Below, one piece after another: positions 25,236-37,449 of a stretch of DNA of 64,000 nt. A program made the position numbers and the translations under genes. How positions within the stretch are numbered: position 1 is the stretch's first letter; the number at the start of each line of letters is the position of its first letter. The stretch lies in the NCBI RefSeq assembly GCF_001194135.2, contig NC_068992.1:27939195-28003194 (forward strand), written 5' to 3'. Below the pieces are notes generated by a model. The model ran no database searches and was not told the origin of the DNA. It was given only the letters and a program-made list of their open reading frames with translations. Source of the stretch: Octopus bimaculoides (taxonomy: Eukaryota).

Positions 25236-25729
25236 ACCGAGATAGTGTGGTAGTGTCGCCTACAATAGAACAATTATCTTGTCCAAAGTAAGTTTAGCTC
25301 TCATTTTCCGATTGAGCAATTACACAGCAGCTCCCTTTGGTTCATATTTTTTAACAGTTGTAGGAGTATGTGTGTATAAGCTTATGTTGTGAATGTGTGG
25401 CTGTTGAACTTATTGTCTGGTCATGGGATCAATTCTTGGATTAAGCAGCACATTGTGTCCTTGAGCAAGGCATTCCATTTCACATTGTTCCAATCTATGC
25501 AGTAAAAAATGTGTTGCATTCACTGCAATGTGATGCCTTACTGACTCTTAGTACAGAATCTTATAAACGGCCATTGAGAGCTGCCACACTCTAGATGATG
25601 TATACACAAGTATATACACATACACTTGTGTATGTATACACCTTTTATTCTCTCTCTCTCTCTCTCTCCTCCTCCTAGCAGGATGATAATGATATATATG
25701 TATGTGTGTATATATATATATATATATAT

Positions 25730-26183
25730 NNNNNNNNNNNNNNNNNNNNNNNNNNNNNNNNNNNNNNNNNNNNNNNNNNNNNNNNNNNNNNNNNNNNNNN
25801 NNNNNNNNNNNNNNNNNNNNNNNNNNNNNNNNNNNNNNNNNNNNNNNNNNNNNNNNNNNNNNNNNNNNNNNNNNNNNNNNNNNNNNNNNNNNNNNNNNNN
25901 NNNNNNNNNNNNNNNNNNNNNNNNNNNNNNNNNNNNNNNNNNNNNNNNNNNNNNNNNNNNNNNNNNNNNNNNNNNNNNNNNNNNNNNNNNNNNNNNNNNN
26001 NNNNNNNNNNNNNNNNNNNNNNNNNNNNNNNNNNNNNNNNNNNNNNNNNNNNNNNNNNNNNNNNNNNNNNNNNNNNNNNNNNNNNNNNNNNNNNNNNNNN
26101 NNNNNNNNNNNNNNNNNNNNNNNNNNNNNNNNNNNNNNNNNNNNNNNNNNNNNNNNNNNNNNNNNNNNNNNNNNNNNNNNNNN
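25730..26183. other. Assembly gap (N run)
   Basis: Other gaps: 4430-4884, 7159-7585, 29797-29960, 35871-36387, 39348-40053. Confidence 0.99.
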
Positions 26184-26819
26184 GGTGTATTTTATGTGCC
26201 ACTCGCACAAGAGCCAGTCCAGGGGCACTGGCAACAATCTCGCTCGAAAGTCCTTACACATGCCGCGGGCACAAATGCCAGAAAGGTGACGCTGGGCACA
26301 GACGCCATCACAATTTTGCTTTCGCTTGCCCCAATAAGTCTTCGCAAGCTGAGTTTCGTGTCCAATGAAGGAGACAACGTTGGCATGGGTGCCAGTTGTC
26401 AAATTTAACTCGATTTCGATTTCACTTGCCTCAACAGGTCTTCACAAGTGAAGTTTAGTGTCCAAACAAAAAATCTGGCAGCTTAGTACTTTGATAGGTG
26501 AAGTCATAGAATAAAGTACTTTCCTTGAAGACGCAATGGTTGGTGTCAGGAAAAGCCTCCAGCTATAGAATATTGCCTGAACAAGTTTTGTCCTGCCAAT
26601 GCCAGAGTAAGAAAAGGTGGATAGCCAAGGGTGTCCACATAGTTTCTGTTTCCAGATTCTACTCTCAAGGTATTGGTAAAGTTAAGGCTATAAAAAGAAA
26701 GACCTTGTTGAAGGTACCACACAGTGTGATTGGACAGAGAACCATGTTTATACCACACAAGTTTGTTTAATTTTTACTAGTTCTGCTCTTATACTCTCGC
26801 TTATCTTGCTGATTTTCAG

Positions 26820-26961
26820 GTTTGTTAATGCCGTAGAATTTATGAATTCTGGTGAATTTCTGCGAGATCTTCACATCCCTTCACTCCTGGTTTTTCCAGC
26901 TGGTTCTGAATTCCATGAACATCCATTGTATTTGTCTGGGGAAATAGTTTTGCAAGAAAAA
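26820..26961 (+). CDS. NSUN5: NSUN5 internal exon
   Basis: ttcAG| FVNAVEFMNSGEFLRDLHIPSLLVFPAGSEFHEHPLYLSGEIVLQEK |GTaagt; LLVFP....HEHPLY..G...LQ.K motif; phase 2-0. Confidence 0.93.
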
Positions 26962-27869
26962 GTAAGTAACTCGTTTCTTGTTGACTTTAGAATCCTTGCT
27001 ACCACTACATTTTCCTAAAGCTCTACTGATTCTCCTAATCCATCATCCTCAATAGTAATAATCTTAGGAAGATCATTATGCCAATAATAAGCACCCATAC
27101 TAGTTCTTTTTCACTTCATTTTTATTTGTCAATTGGTTAACAAATAAAAGTAAAGAAATGAAATAGAGCCAGAGCATTTATTTATTATTGGCATAATGAC
27201 CCTCCATGGTTCTGGGTTCAGTCCCGCTGCATGACACCTCAGGCCTACAAAAGCCTTGTGAGTGGATTTGGTAGACAGAAACTGAAAGAATTCCATCATA
27301 TATATATGTGTGTGTGTGTGTGTCTATATATATATTGAAATAATAATAATTTTTAAGACACAGGCTTTTCTTGAATCTTATTATTCCTCTTAATGTATAT
27401 AAGAAGTTGACACTAGTTTGACATTTAATGATAACATTTATTGTCAAACATTGACTGGTAAATGTCAAAGCAGAACATCCGTCATGTCATTCTCACTAAT
27501 CTGGTGGGGAAAGCTGTAAAAGTCATGCATACTCTCAAGACTTTTGCAGTTTTCCTGCCTCTCTTCTGTCTTTTTTACTACAGCCCTGAGCTGACCAAAG
27601 CTTTGTGAGTGGATTTGGTAGCCTGAAACTGAGAGAAGCCTGTCAGGTGTGTGTGGGGAGTGAGTACGGGTGTATGCTTGTGTCTCCTTGTCTTGGCATT
27701 GCTTGGTAGTTATAAACAAGTGTCACTGTCATATAAACAATGTTGTTCATTTCCAATATTCTGCGTAGACGTCTGGCCATGGGGAAATATTACCTTGCTT
27801 GGAAACAGATGACAGGAAGGACACTCATCTGTAGAAAATCTACTTCGACACACTCTTATTTCTTTACTG

Positions 27870-28090
27870 CCCACAAGGGGCTACACACAGAGGGGACAAA
27901 CAGGAATAGACAAATGAATTAAGTCGATTATATTGACCCCAGTGCATAACTGGTACTTATTTAATCGACCCCGAAAGGGTGAAAGGCAAAGTTGACCTTG
28001 GCAGAATTTGAACTCAGAACGTAGCGGCAGACAAAATACTGCTAAGCATTTCGCCTGGCGTGCTAACAATTCTGCCAGCTCGCCGCCCTC
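27870..28090 (-). mobile_element. Third SINE-like family (representative copy)
   Basis: Shared blocks actggtacttatttaatcgacc, gaaaggcaaagttgacct, gaatttgaactcagaac and ctaacaattctgccagctc; other copies at about 5605-5830, 5870-6085, 10555-10745, 41450-41655, 45010-45210, 51975-52060 and 60712-60960. Confidence 0.78.
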
Positions 28091-29417
28091 TTTGACACAC
28101 TCTGCTTGACTCATGCAAAGATGGACATTAAAAGACAATGAATAATAAAAATAGTAGATTTCATTTCTAGTTGAAGCTGACTCACTTCGTACATCATTTA
28201 ACATCCATTTTCTGTGCTGGAATGGGTTGGACAGTTTGACAGGAGCTGGGCTCCATTTTGTGTGTTTTCCTGTTTTGACAGTTTCTATGGCTGGATGCCC
28301 TTCCTAATGCCAACCACTTTACAGAGTGTATTGGGTGCTTTTAATGTTCAATGTGTGTATGTATGTGTTTCAGTTTGTATTATTTGGAAACTTTCTGCAT
28401 CCATAGTTCAAATGAAAAATCAATAAATAATTATTTTGGGTGGAACTAAATATCTAAGAATGTTTAGCTTTGTCATTCTAAGTTCTGGGTTTAGGAAGTC
28501 CTTCAATCCTTCGAATGCTCACTTTCATACATGCATGGGTCTGACAAAACTGTTTGAAGCAAATTTTCTGTGGCTAGGTGCCCTTCCTGTCATCACAACT
28601 CTCATTTGTTTCCAAACAAGGTAATATTTCTCTATGACTGGACATGTCTTTTTGAAACACTGAAAACGGATGACACTGCTTGTATGACAGTCACATGTTT
28701 TTCCAACAACCATACGATGTCAAAACAAGTAAGCACACGCACATATGACTATACGGCAGCTTCTTTCAGTTTTAGATACCAAATCCACTTAAAAGGCTTT
28801 CATCAACTAGGGCTATAGTAGAAGAACTTGCCTAAGGTGTCATGCAGTGGAACTGAATATATGTATGTATGCATGCATGAATGATCACAATTGTCCGACA
28901 AACAGGTATGTGAAACTGAGTAACAGTTTGTGAAGATTTTTGCACCTTTAATAAACGTATATATTTGTATGCATATCACCATCATATCATCTTTATTGTT
29001 TTACATCAGTTGGCATGGGTTGGACAGGTTTACTCACTTTGTGGGTGGTTCATCTAACTTGAATTTTATCTGGGTTGGTTTCTACAGCTGAATGTCCTTT
29101 CTAACACCAACCACTTTACAGATTGAACTGAGGGGTTATTTTCATCCCACCAACACTTGAAAGCTGTTATGAGAAGATGATAGGGTCCTTACAACCTCAC
29201 ATTCTACAGACTGAACTGAGTGTGTTTTTTATAATAGAGAGATAGCCATGTCCTTGTCACAAACCCATGTCTCTGCTCGCTCATCCGTCTTTTTACTCAG
29301 TGGTAAAGGCATGAATGATAGTGATGAGAGGGAGTGTGAGACGACTAACAGCAGTATTCAGTATTCCAGGATCAGTGTGTATATTAACCATTTAGTATTT
29401 AAACAAGCCATCTGTTT

Positions 29418-30018
29418 ACTTATAGTATGAGCCTTTTATGCTGATGTTGGCTAAATAATGTCATTTTTAACAGAAAAGTAATTAAGATAGTCATGCATTC
29501 AATGTCTTCTATTGATAAAGATCAGAAATATTCCAAAACTTACTAAAGTTCACATCCAAAGAAAAACAAGGAAAAGTTGAAATTTCCTAATATATAAAGA
29601 TGTGGAGAGAAAGAAAATTCATTTAAAACTTATCAGTTTTAGACAATTAAGGTAGGATTGAGCCAAAAAAAAAAAAAAAAATTTTTATACTGAATTTGAA
29701 GAGAAAAGTGAATTCCACCAGGACTTCTCTTGGAGTTTGCACAGCTAACCCCTGCATTAGCAAGTAAAATGACCTCAAACGGTTTTGGAGAATTCTNNNN
29801 NNNNNNNNNNNNNNNNNNNNNNNNNNNNNNNNNNNNNNNNNNNNNNNNNNNNNNNNNNNNNNNNNNNNNNNNNNNNNNNNNNNNNNNNNNNNNNNNNNNN
29901 NNNNNNNNNNNNNNNNNNNNNNNNNNNNNNNNNNNNNNNNNNNNNNNNNNNNNNNNNNNNTTGGATTGTCCATATTTTAAACTGATTTAAAAAGAAAAAT
30001 TCGATAAATTAACCAAAG
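29418..30018 (-). repeat. Left arm of the inverted repeat pair flanking the flipped NSUN5 exons (contains N-gap 29797-29960)
   Basis: Reverse complement of 32534-33224 on both sides of the gap, with scattered substitutions and a ~40 bp indel. Confidence 0.92.
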
Positions 30019-30022
30019 AATT

Positions 30023-30176
30023 CATCATCATCATCATCATCGTTTAACGTCCGCTTTCCATGCTAGCATGGGTTGGACGATTTGACTGAGGACTGGTGAA
30101 ACCAGATGGCTACACCAGGCTCCAATCTGATTTGGCAGAGTTTCTACAGCTGGATGCCCTTCCTAACACCAACCAC
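30023..30176 (-). mobile_element. RTE 3'-tail-derived short element (representative copy)
   Basis: Nearly identical to the 3' end at 7586-7760; related, more diverged copies at about 2490-2680, 4140-4380, 16490-17010, 20890-21070, 23050-23165, 28195-28345, 29000-29120, 30955-31390, 34490-34720 and 49180-49330. Confidence 0.85.
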
Positions 30177-30400
30177 ATGTAGAATACAAATTCACAAAAA
30201 TTTTCTCAAAATTCCCCAAAATAAAAGTTACGAGGGGTTACATGGCATGCTTAAAGCAGAATTCCGCCAAAGTCCTCTGTTCTCTATATTTGTGCCCTCA
30301 CTTTCCAAAGATATACATCATCAAAACAGCTGTCATTCTTTGTAGTTTTGAAAAAAAAGATTGTATTTAGAGATAAACTAAAACGTGATTGAGATCATAC

Positions 30401-30579
30401 CTGATCCAGTACATGATGGATCTACCAGAATGAATTCCACATCTTTAAATCGACAGTCAGCAGGATCTAGCCTCATAAAATCACCAAAGATAGTTTCAAC
30501 AATTCCACTGCCTGTCTTTGCAATGAAATGTTTTAAAGTCTCCATTCGACGTGCATCCCTTTCAATAGCATAAATTTTT
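30401..30579 (-). CDS. NSUN5: NSUN5 exon carrying motif IV (DPSC), inverted relative to the rest of the gene
   Basis: Minus strand tggcAG| KIYAIERDARRMETLKHFIAKTGSGIVETIFGDFMRLDPADCRFKDVEFILVDPSCTGS g|GTatga; 179 nt, phase 2-1. Confidence 0.93.
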
Positions 30580-30956
30580 CTGCCAAATGAAGAATATATG
30601 CAAATCAAATAAACAAAGTTAAAAGAGAGTTGCAAGTTAAAGCTACTTCATAAATGTAATTTGTACTAAATTTGTTTTATTTCATATCCTAATTTCCCAT
30701 AAGTGGTAAACTATAGCCAAACAACAAATATGTGTTTCACTATTTTAAATAAAAAGATTTTGTGCTGATATGTTTTAATTCTGTAGCATTTAAACCAACC
30801 TTATTCAGCCCAAATATTCTACCTGTTCTATATTCAAACTAGCCAGATCCAGCCTCTCACACTTTTCCTACCAATGTCATTAAAAAAAGTAAACAATCTC
30901 ATCAATACAATTGTGAAGCTACATGCTAATGTATGATTAATTCAAAACAATTGCTG

Positions 30957-31225
30957 CCATGCAAAAAAGGACCTGTGCTACTTCCACATTAAAAAGCACC
31001 CATGCTGGTGCCACATTAAAAAGCACCCATGCTGGTGCCACATTAAAAAGCACCCATGCTAGCACCATGTATAAAGCATTTCTGCTGGTACCATGTATAA
31101 AGCATTTCTGCTGGTACCATGTATAAAGCATTTCTGCTGGTTCCACATAAAAAGCACTTGTATTGGTGCCACATGTAAAGCACCCATGCTGGTTCTTCAC
31201 ATAAAGCTGGTGCCATGTAAAAACG
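30957..31225. repeat. 26-27 bp minisatellite inside an RTE-tail element
   Basis: ccacattaaaaagcacccatgctggtg x3 and ccatgtataaagcatttctgctggta x3, plus diverged flanking units. Confidence 0.85.
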
Positions 31226-31756
31226 TACCCAGTACACTCTGTAAAGTAGTTGGTATTAGGAAAGATATCCATCCATAAAGACGATGCCAAAACAGACAAG
31301 TGGAGCCTGGTGGAGTTCTCTGGCTTGCCAGCTTCTGTCAAACCAACCAAGCCATGCCAACATGGAAAACAGATGCTAAATGATAATGATGACATTTGAC
31401 AGAGTATTCTCAATGCATTGGTTTCATTTCTATTCATTTAATTCTTTTAGAAAAACAAAAAAAAATCAAGACTAAAACTGTTGGTAGCTTAATGGAATGA
31501 TTAGAGATAAAATGATTCGACCAATCTAGTGAATTGGTAGAATTATTAAAGTGCCAGATCAGATGCCTGGCAGTTTTTATTCCTGTTATTTGATTCTGAG
31601 TTCAAGCTTGCTGTGGTCTACTGACCACCATAGAATTCAAAGAAGGAAGAGGAAGGGGAGAAGAATTGGTGGTGAGACTTTATTTCAGTTTATTTTATGG
31701 AAGAAATTTCCATTAAATGCTATTGTGAAAAGATTAGACAAAAATAATTCTTCTTA

Positions 31757-31873
<117 letters not shown>

Positions 31874-32295
31874 CTACAAAAAATAAAATAAAAATAAAAA
31901 CACAAGTAAAACAATATTTGAGGAAGTAAGACTATTCGAAAACTTTTTAACAAAGACAAAAGCAACAGCTAACAATTCTGCCATAGTTTGCCTTAGTTTA
32001 TATATTTCCAGTAATAATGGATTCAAATTTTGGCAGAAGGTCCATAGTTTAGGGGAGGGGCTTAATTACATCGACTCTTCCATCCTATCTCATTGTATAG
32101 ATGGTTACATTGGACCAATTGTGTTCAATTTACTCTGCATTTATCCTCCTCCCTTCTAAAGCCTGTCACCACCCTGATTACACCAACAAACTTATTTGTT
32201 TTCTTTTACAGATATTCAGCCTCTATCACCACTCTAGCCACTGAGTCACATATATTTCTGTCACCTCCTAACCATCTAAGCTAGGTTGCCTTTAA

Positions 32296-32515
32296 CCCTT
32301 TAGCATTCACATTATTTTGTCAAATGTAATGCTTATTTATTTACATTGATTTGAAATGATCATGTATTATCTTGCAACTTTGAGATTTCAATGATGTGAT
32401 TGTATAGTTTTACAATGACATTCTTAGGTAGGTGCAAGAGGCCAGATCTGGTCAGTTTGAACATAAAGCAGGAAAAAAATTTGGGGCTAGAGATGGCTTG
32501 TTTAAATACCAAGGG
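32296..32515. mobile_element. piggyBac-type MITE, 220 bp
   Basis: TTAA|CCCTTTAGCATT...AAGGG|TTAA. Confidence 0.8.
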
Positions 32516-32533
32516 TTAATATACATATAGTTA

Positions 32534-33280
32534 CTTTGGTTAATTTATCGAATTTTTTCTTTTTAAATCAGTTTAAAATATGGACAATCCAAATTTTGGG
32601 CTTAAATCCCAGCAATAAACTGTTAAAAATATTTATGGAGAGAAAGATATTGAAAAACATCAATACATCAGATTGACAAACGAACGAGGAGGGTATGAGG
32701 TGATTATGAGACGTGCTAAAAATAACAGCTAAATAGGCCTTAAATCAGGCACCAAAATTTCTTTGCTATTTTCGTTTTTACATAATCGTATGAATTCCTA
32801 CGTGTTGAACACAAATTCACAAAAATTTTCTGAAAATTCTAAAAAATAAGAAAAGTTTTGAGGAGTTATATGGCTTGCATAAAGCAGATTTCTCCAAAAC
32901 CTTTTGAGGTCATTTTACTTGCTAATGCAGGAAAGTCCTTTCTCTTCAAATTCAGTATAAACATTTAAAAATTTTTTGGCTCAATCCTACCTTAATTGTC
33001 TAAAACTGATAAGTTTTAAATGAATTTTCTTTCTCTCCACATCTTTATATATTAGGAAATTCCAACTTTTCCTCGTTTTTCTTTGGATGTGGACTTTAGT
33101 AAGTTTTGGAATATTTCTGATCTTTATCAATAGAAGACATTGAATGCATGACTATCTTAATTATTTTTCTGTTATAAATGACATTATTTAGCCAACATCA
33201 GCATAAAAAGCTCATACTATAAGTCTAAATTCATTAAAAATAAATTAAAATTTGCGTTAAAATTCGATAAAGCAATTACC
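32534..33280 (+). repeat. Right arm of the inverted pair; appears to be a complete element with imperfect TIRs
   Basis: Matches the left arm over 32534-33224; own ends ggttaatttatcgaatttt (32538) and aaaattcgataaagcaattacc (33280) are imperfect inverted repeats. Confidence 0.85.
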
Positions 33281-35023
33281 TCCCTTATATTTTTCTCTCT
33301 GCGAATATTTTGTAAGTATCTTCTTTTGTAACTGTTTGTTCGCCATTTTTCTGTGTTACTGTAGTTAAGAAAGTTTTAAGGTTTATTTTTGGATTGAAGT
33401 GAACATGCAATCTTAATGCTTAGCAGACATGGGTTTCAAAGAAGTACTAGCTAATACATATGTTGAAAAGGAGATAAAGATCTGTAACATAGAAGACAAC
33501 AGGTCCATTTTCCATGACAATCTGTTGTGAACCTCTGACCAGATCTACAAATGGAACTTTTTTTTTTGAAAGATCTGTATTTTAGCTTGGAAGAAAGGGG
33601 GAAAGCATAGGGCCAGACATGACTAGAAGAGAAGGCTAAACTTTAGGTTAAGCAAGGAGAGAAGTAGACATTGAAAATAAAAAGTTTGCCAATGTTCTGT
33701 GATGTGAGAAGCTCTGGTAAGTCAATATGAAACAGGGTTTCATTAATGGAGAACTAATGGTTAGTGTATGAGGCTCACAATCGCGAGGTCAGGGGTTCAA
33801 TTCCTTGACTGGGTAGCATGTCGTGTTCTTCAGTAAGGCACCTTTCACATTCCAGCAATCTACTAAACTGTAAAAGAGTACCAGCCTAATATTGGTGCAG
33901 CTGTCATATGTTGGATGTTCTGGATGAAGGGAATGAAAGAGTGAGGGTATGTTTATCTGATTACAGTTCTATAGAGCCCTAAATCAATCACCACAGTCAT
34001 GGTGGTACGTTCTTACCAAATCACACTCATTTATGGTTGACAACTATATTGAGTTTTTAATGGAAATGGTACACTTGCCCTCACTGACAGACAGAGGCAT
34101 TGAGATGCTATTAAGAGAAGTACTGATTAAGGAGAATGCTTAGGAGGTGAGGAAGGACCTCAATTAAACCCTTCATAAGGATCAGTTATTTGAATTTGAT
34201 GGCAGTACATTGGAAATGGCTATTAAGGGTATGAAGGTTAGACACAGGCTTGGAAATGTTGTAAATATTTAATAAAGTAAGGATACTCATTAGTTAATGA
34301 GTTTGTCAATCAGGAAGTACAGGAAGAGGTTATTCAAAATGATTAGCAACAGAGCAGTCTCATCATTAACTTATTAAAGGGAAAAACAAATGTTCTAGAA
34401 ATAAGAAACTACAAAAAGCAGAAAATTGATATTGCTGTACTCAAGAAGACCCACCCACCACAACAGAATTTGGATCCTAAAACCAAGATACCACATAAAC
34501 AGCACTGGTGTAGGTGCTGGTGTCACATGAAAACTGGTGATGGTACAACATAAAAAGTACCCAGTACACTCTGTAAGGTGGTTGGCATTAGGAAGGGCAT
34601 CGGGCTGTAGAAACCAAGCCAAAATTGACTTAGGAACCTGGTGTGGACCCTGGTCTTGCTAGCTCTTGTCAAGCTGTCCAACCCATGCCCGCATGGGAAA
34701 TGAACTCAAATGATGATGTTATGGCAGTAAGAGAAAGAGTTCTTGAACAGCTAATTAGGAAGGAAATTTCCTTAGATCAAGTGTAGTGCAGATTTGTGTT
34801 AGAGCAGGGGACAACTGATATCCTCTTCCTGGTGAGACAAATTACAAGAGAGACTACTGATTTGACTTGTTTCTATCAGACTTAGCCACCCTGTAATGGG
34901 CTAACTCGTGGGCACTGTAACTTGTGTTGATCATGTTAAACCAATATGATTTATAAATGTGTAGTTGAAGACATTTATGATGAGGAATTCATTTTGTGTT
35001 GTTTTCTATCTCCTTTTCTCCAG

Positions 35024-35403
35024 GCATAATTTCCAGAATGGACAATGTACTTGACAGTAATCCTACAACCAATGACCGCTTACAGAAACTGTATTTTATT
35101 CAGAGAAAGTTACTGATACATGCACTCAGCTTCCCCAGTGTTAAAAGAGTCGTTTATTCCACATGTTCTGTCTTCCCAGAAGAAAATGAACAAGTCATTG
35201 ATACAGTCTTTCAAATGTTCCAGAAGGAATATTGCCTGAAGGAAATTATGCCAGATTTTCCTCACCGTGGCTTAGAGGGATATCAGAGTTCTAAGTATTG
35301 TCTACGGTTTGCATCAAATATTGATAAAACTAATGGTTTCTTTGTGGCTTGTTTTGTAAGACGTGATCTGTCATTAGTTGAGTCCAACCCTGAACAACTC
35401 TAA
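35024..35403 (+). CDS. NSUN5: NSUN5 terminal exon (motif VI, YSTCS)
   Basis: ctccAG| phase 1; GIISRMD...QRKLLIHALSFPSVKRVVYSTCSVFPEENEQV...FPHRGL...TNGFFVACFVR...EQL-TAA. Confidence 0.94.
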
Positions 35404-35573
35404 ATGGAAACTATAAACTGATAACTCATCAAACCGAAAACGTTGCTCATTCTGAAACATCAACCATAAAATATATCATCATCATCATCATCATTATCAT
35501 CGTTTTTCTAATACATTCTAATCTTCTAATATAATAATGAGTTTAGTGTTTTTATATATTTGTATTTATCTTA

Positions 35574-36679
35574 TCTATACTATATATAAAACAGAGATGT
35601 GTGTGTAATCGCTTTTCACGTGAAATCGACTTCACCAAATGCTTCCATACTTGTAATGTGTGAATAATTTGACCTCGGATAAATCTTAGGCTCTTCATTT
35701 GATTTTTTTAATTAAAAATACATAATATTGCTTTATATTTAAGATTCACTTCTTTAAAAAGGTTCCTCAATGTCAACTTCCGGTATTGACGTAACAACGG
35801 CATAAAAGCTTCACTCTCTATTTTGTGTGTGAGTGTGTATGAGAGAGAGAGAGAGAGTAAATACTACATANNNNNNNNNNNNNNNNNNNNNNNNNNNNNN
35901 NNNNNNNNNNNNNNNNNNNNNNNNNNNNNNNNNNNNNNNNNNNNNNNNNNNNNNNNNNNNNNNNNNNNNNNNNNNNNNNNNNNNNNNNNNNNNNNNNNNN
36001 NNNNNNNNNNNNNNNNNNNNNNNNNNNNNNNNNNNNNNNNNNNNNNNNNNNNNNNNNNNNNNNNNNNNNNNNNNNNNNNNNNNNNNNNNNNNNNNNNNNN
36101 NNNNNNNNNNNNNNNNNNNNNNNNNNNNNNNNNNNNNNNNNNNNNNNNNNNNNNNNNNNNNNNNNNNNNNNNNNNNNNNNNNNNNNNNNNNNNNNNNNNN
36201 NNNNNNNNNNNNNNNNNNNNNNNNNNNNNNNNNNNNNNNNNNNNNNNNNNNNNNNNNNNNNNNNNNNNNNNNNNNNNNNNNNNNNNNNNNNNNNNNNNNN
36301 NNNNNNNNNNNNNNNNNNNNNNNNNNNNNNNNNNNNNNNNNNNNNNNNNNNNNNNNNNNNNNNNNNNNNNNNNNNNNNNNNNNNNNNCGTGCGGGGTTCC
36401 ACAATCGCCATTTATTTCAATTACTCTTGTGAGGATATTCACGTAAATCATTTTTTTCATTTAATCCCCATTTTAATTTTCATAAAAGTTTCCAAGTACC
36501 AATGAGGCTTTTTGGTACATCTTCAATTTTCCCCATTCATTAGAGGCGCCCAGCCATCATTCATCTGAGAGTCCATCTACAGAATGTCCTCAAATTTCTA
36601 TACAGCATATTTTGCCTTTGTTTCTTCAAGTATATAAGCAACAATTTCATTCCCGAGCAACGCCGGGTGCCTCTACTAG
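35574..36679 (+). mobile_element. Non-autonomous Helitron spanning an N-gap
   Basis: A|TCTATACTATATATAAAA 5' end; 3' hairpin CCCG-AGCAACGC-CGGG followed 8 nt later by CTAG|T; inserted at an AT dinucleotide with no TSD; pairing of the two ends across the gap is inferred. Confidence 0.72.
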
Positions 36680-37112
36680 TAACTTATAAAATTGAAGTGG
36701 TAAGTTGGGCTATCATTGGATAAAATGAGAAGGATGTTAGTGTGAGCGGAAACATAGTGGCATAGAGAGAGTGACTGATATCAGAGAAGGGGAGGACAGT
36801 TGTGTTAGCGACAAATATGGAGTGGCAGTGGGGTAGTAACGTTGATACAGTTGTCATTCAGAGATACACATGAATGTGCTTTCAATCTATTTCTCTCTGT
36901 CTCTCGCTCTCTGTTTTTCTGTCTGCCTGTCTCCCTCTCTGCAACACGCATACACACACTCACAAATCTATAGACAAGTATCTATAGACAATGTTTAAAC
37001 CAAAATTATCCAGAAATAACCGAAGTATTTTTTGTTTTCCATTTATGAACAGATGATAAAGAAGTTATCGTCTGCTAAATACTGAGAGTCAATTCACTTT
37101 TCTTTTCGCGAA

Positions 37113-37430
37113 GATGACGTTTCAAGTCAACATTGAAGGTGTTTTATAATTTACAAAATTATAATCACTAATAAAGTCATGGGTGATGGTAACTGCATGT
37201 TCAGAATTGTGTCACTCTTGCTCAAAAACAGCAGGAATTACCAAACTCTCCGGAAGAGTCCGTATGATACATATGCAATAATTTTCATTCTTTTATTCCT
37301 AATAGTACAATGCAGGAATACCAAGCACACATGAGTAGGGATAGAACATACGGCGGTAATGTTGAATTAGCTGCCATTAGTGAATTGTACAAAGTTGCAA
37401 TTCAGGTTCATCTTAAAAATGACAATGAAA
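37113..37430 (+). pseudogene. Decayed OTU-like cysteine protease domain, probably Helitron-derived
   Basis: VMGDGNCMFRIVS...YQTLR [frameshift] MQEYQAHMSRDRTYGGNVELAAISELYKVAIQVHL; GDGNC.FR and GG..EL.A.S.LY motifs. Confidence 0.75.
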
Positions 37431-37449
37431 TTATTCTTCCTCTGTTCAC

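Noticed and set aside
25210-25287. Phase-2 GTAAGT donor that could fit the missing NSUN5 exon
   Set aside because: The upstream frame runs into a hAT MITE end and lacks the PRxVRVNT motif and an acceptor.
30957-31225. CRISPR-like regular repeats
   Set aside because: Units are contiguous with no unique spacers, the context is eukaryotic and there are no cas genes.
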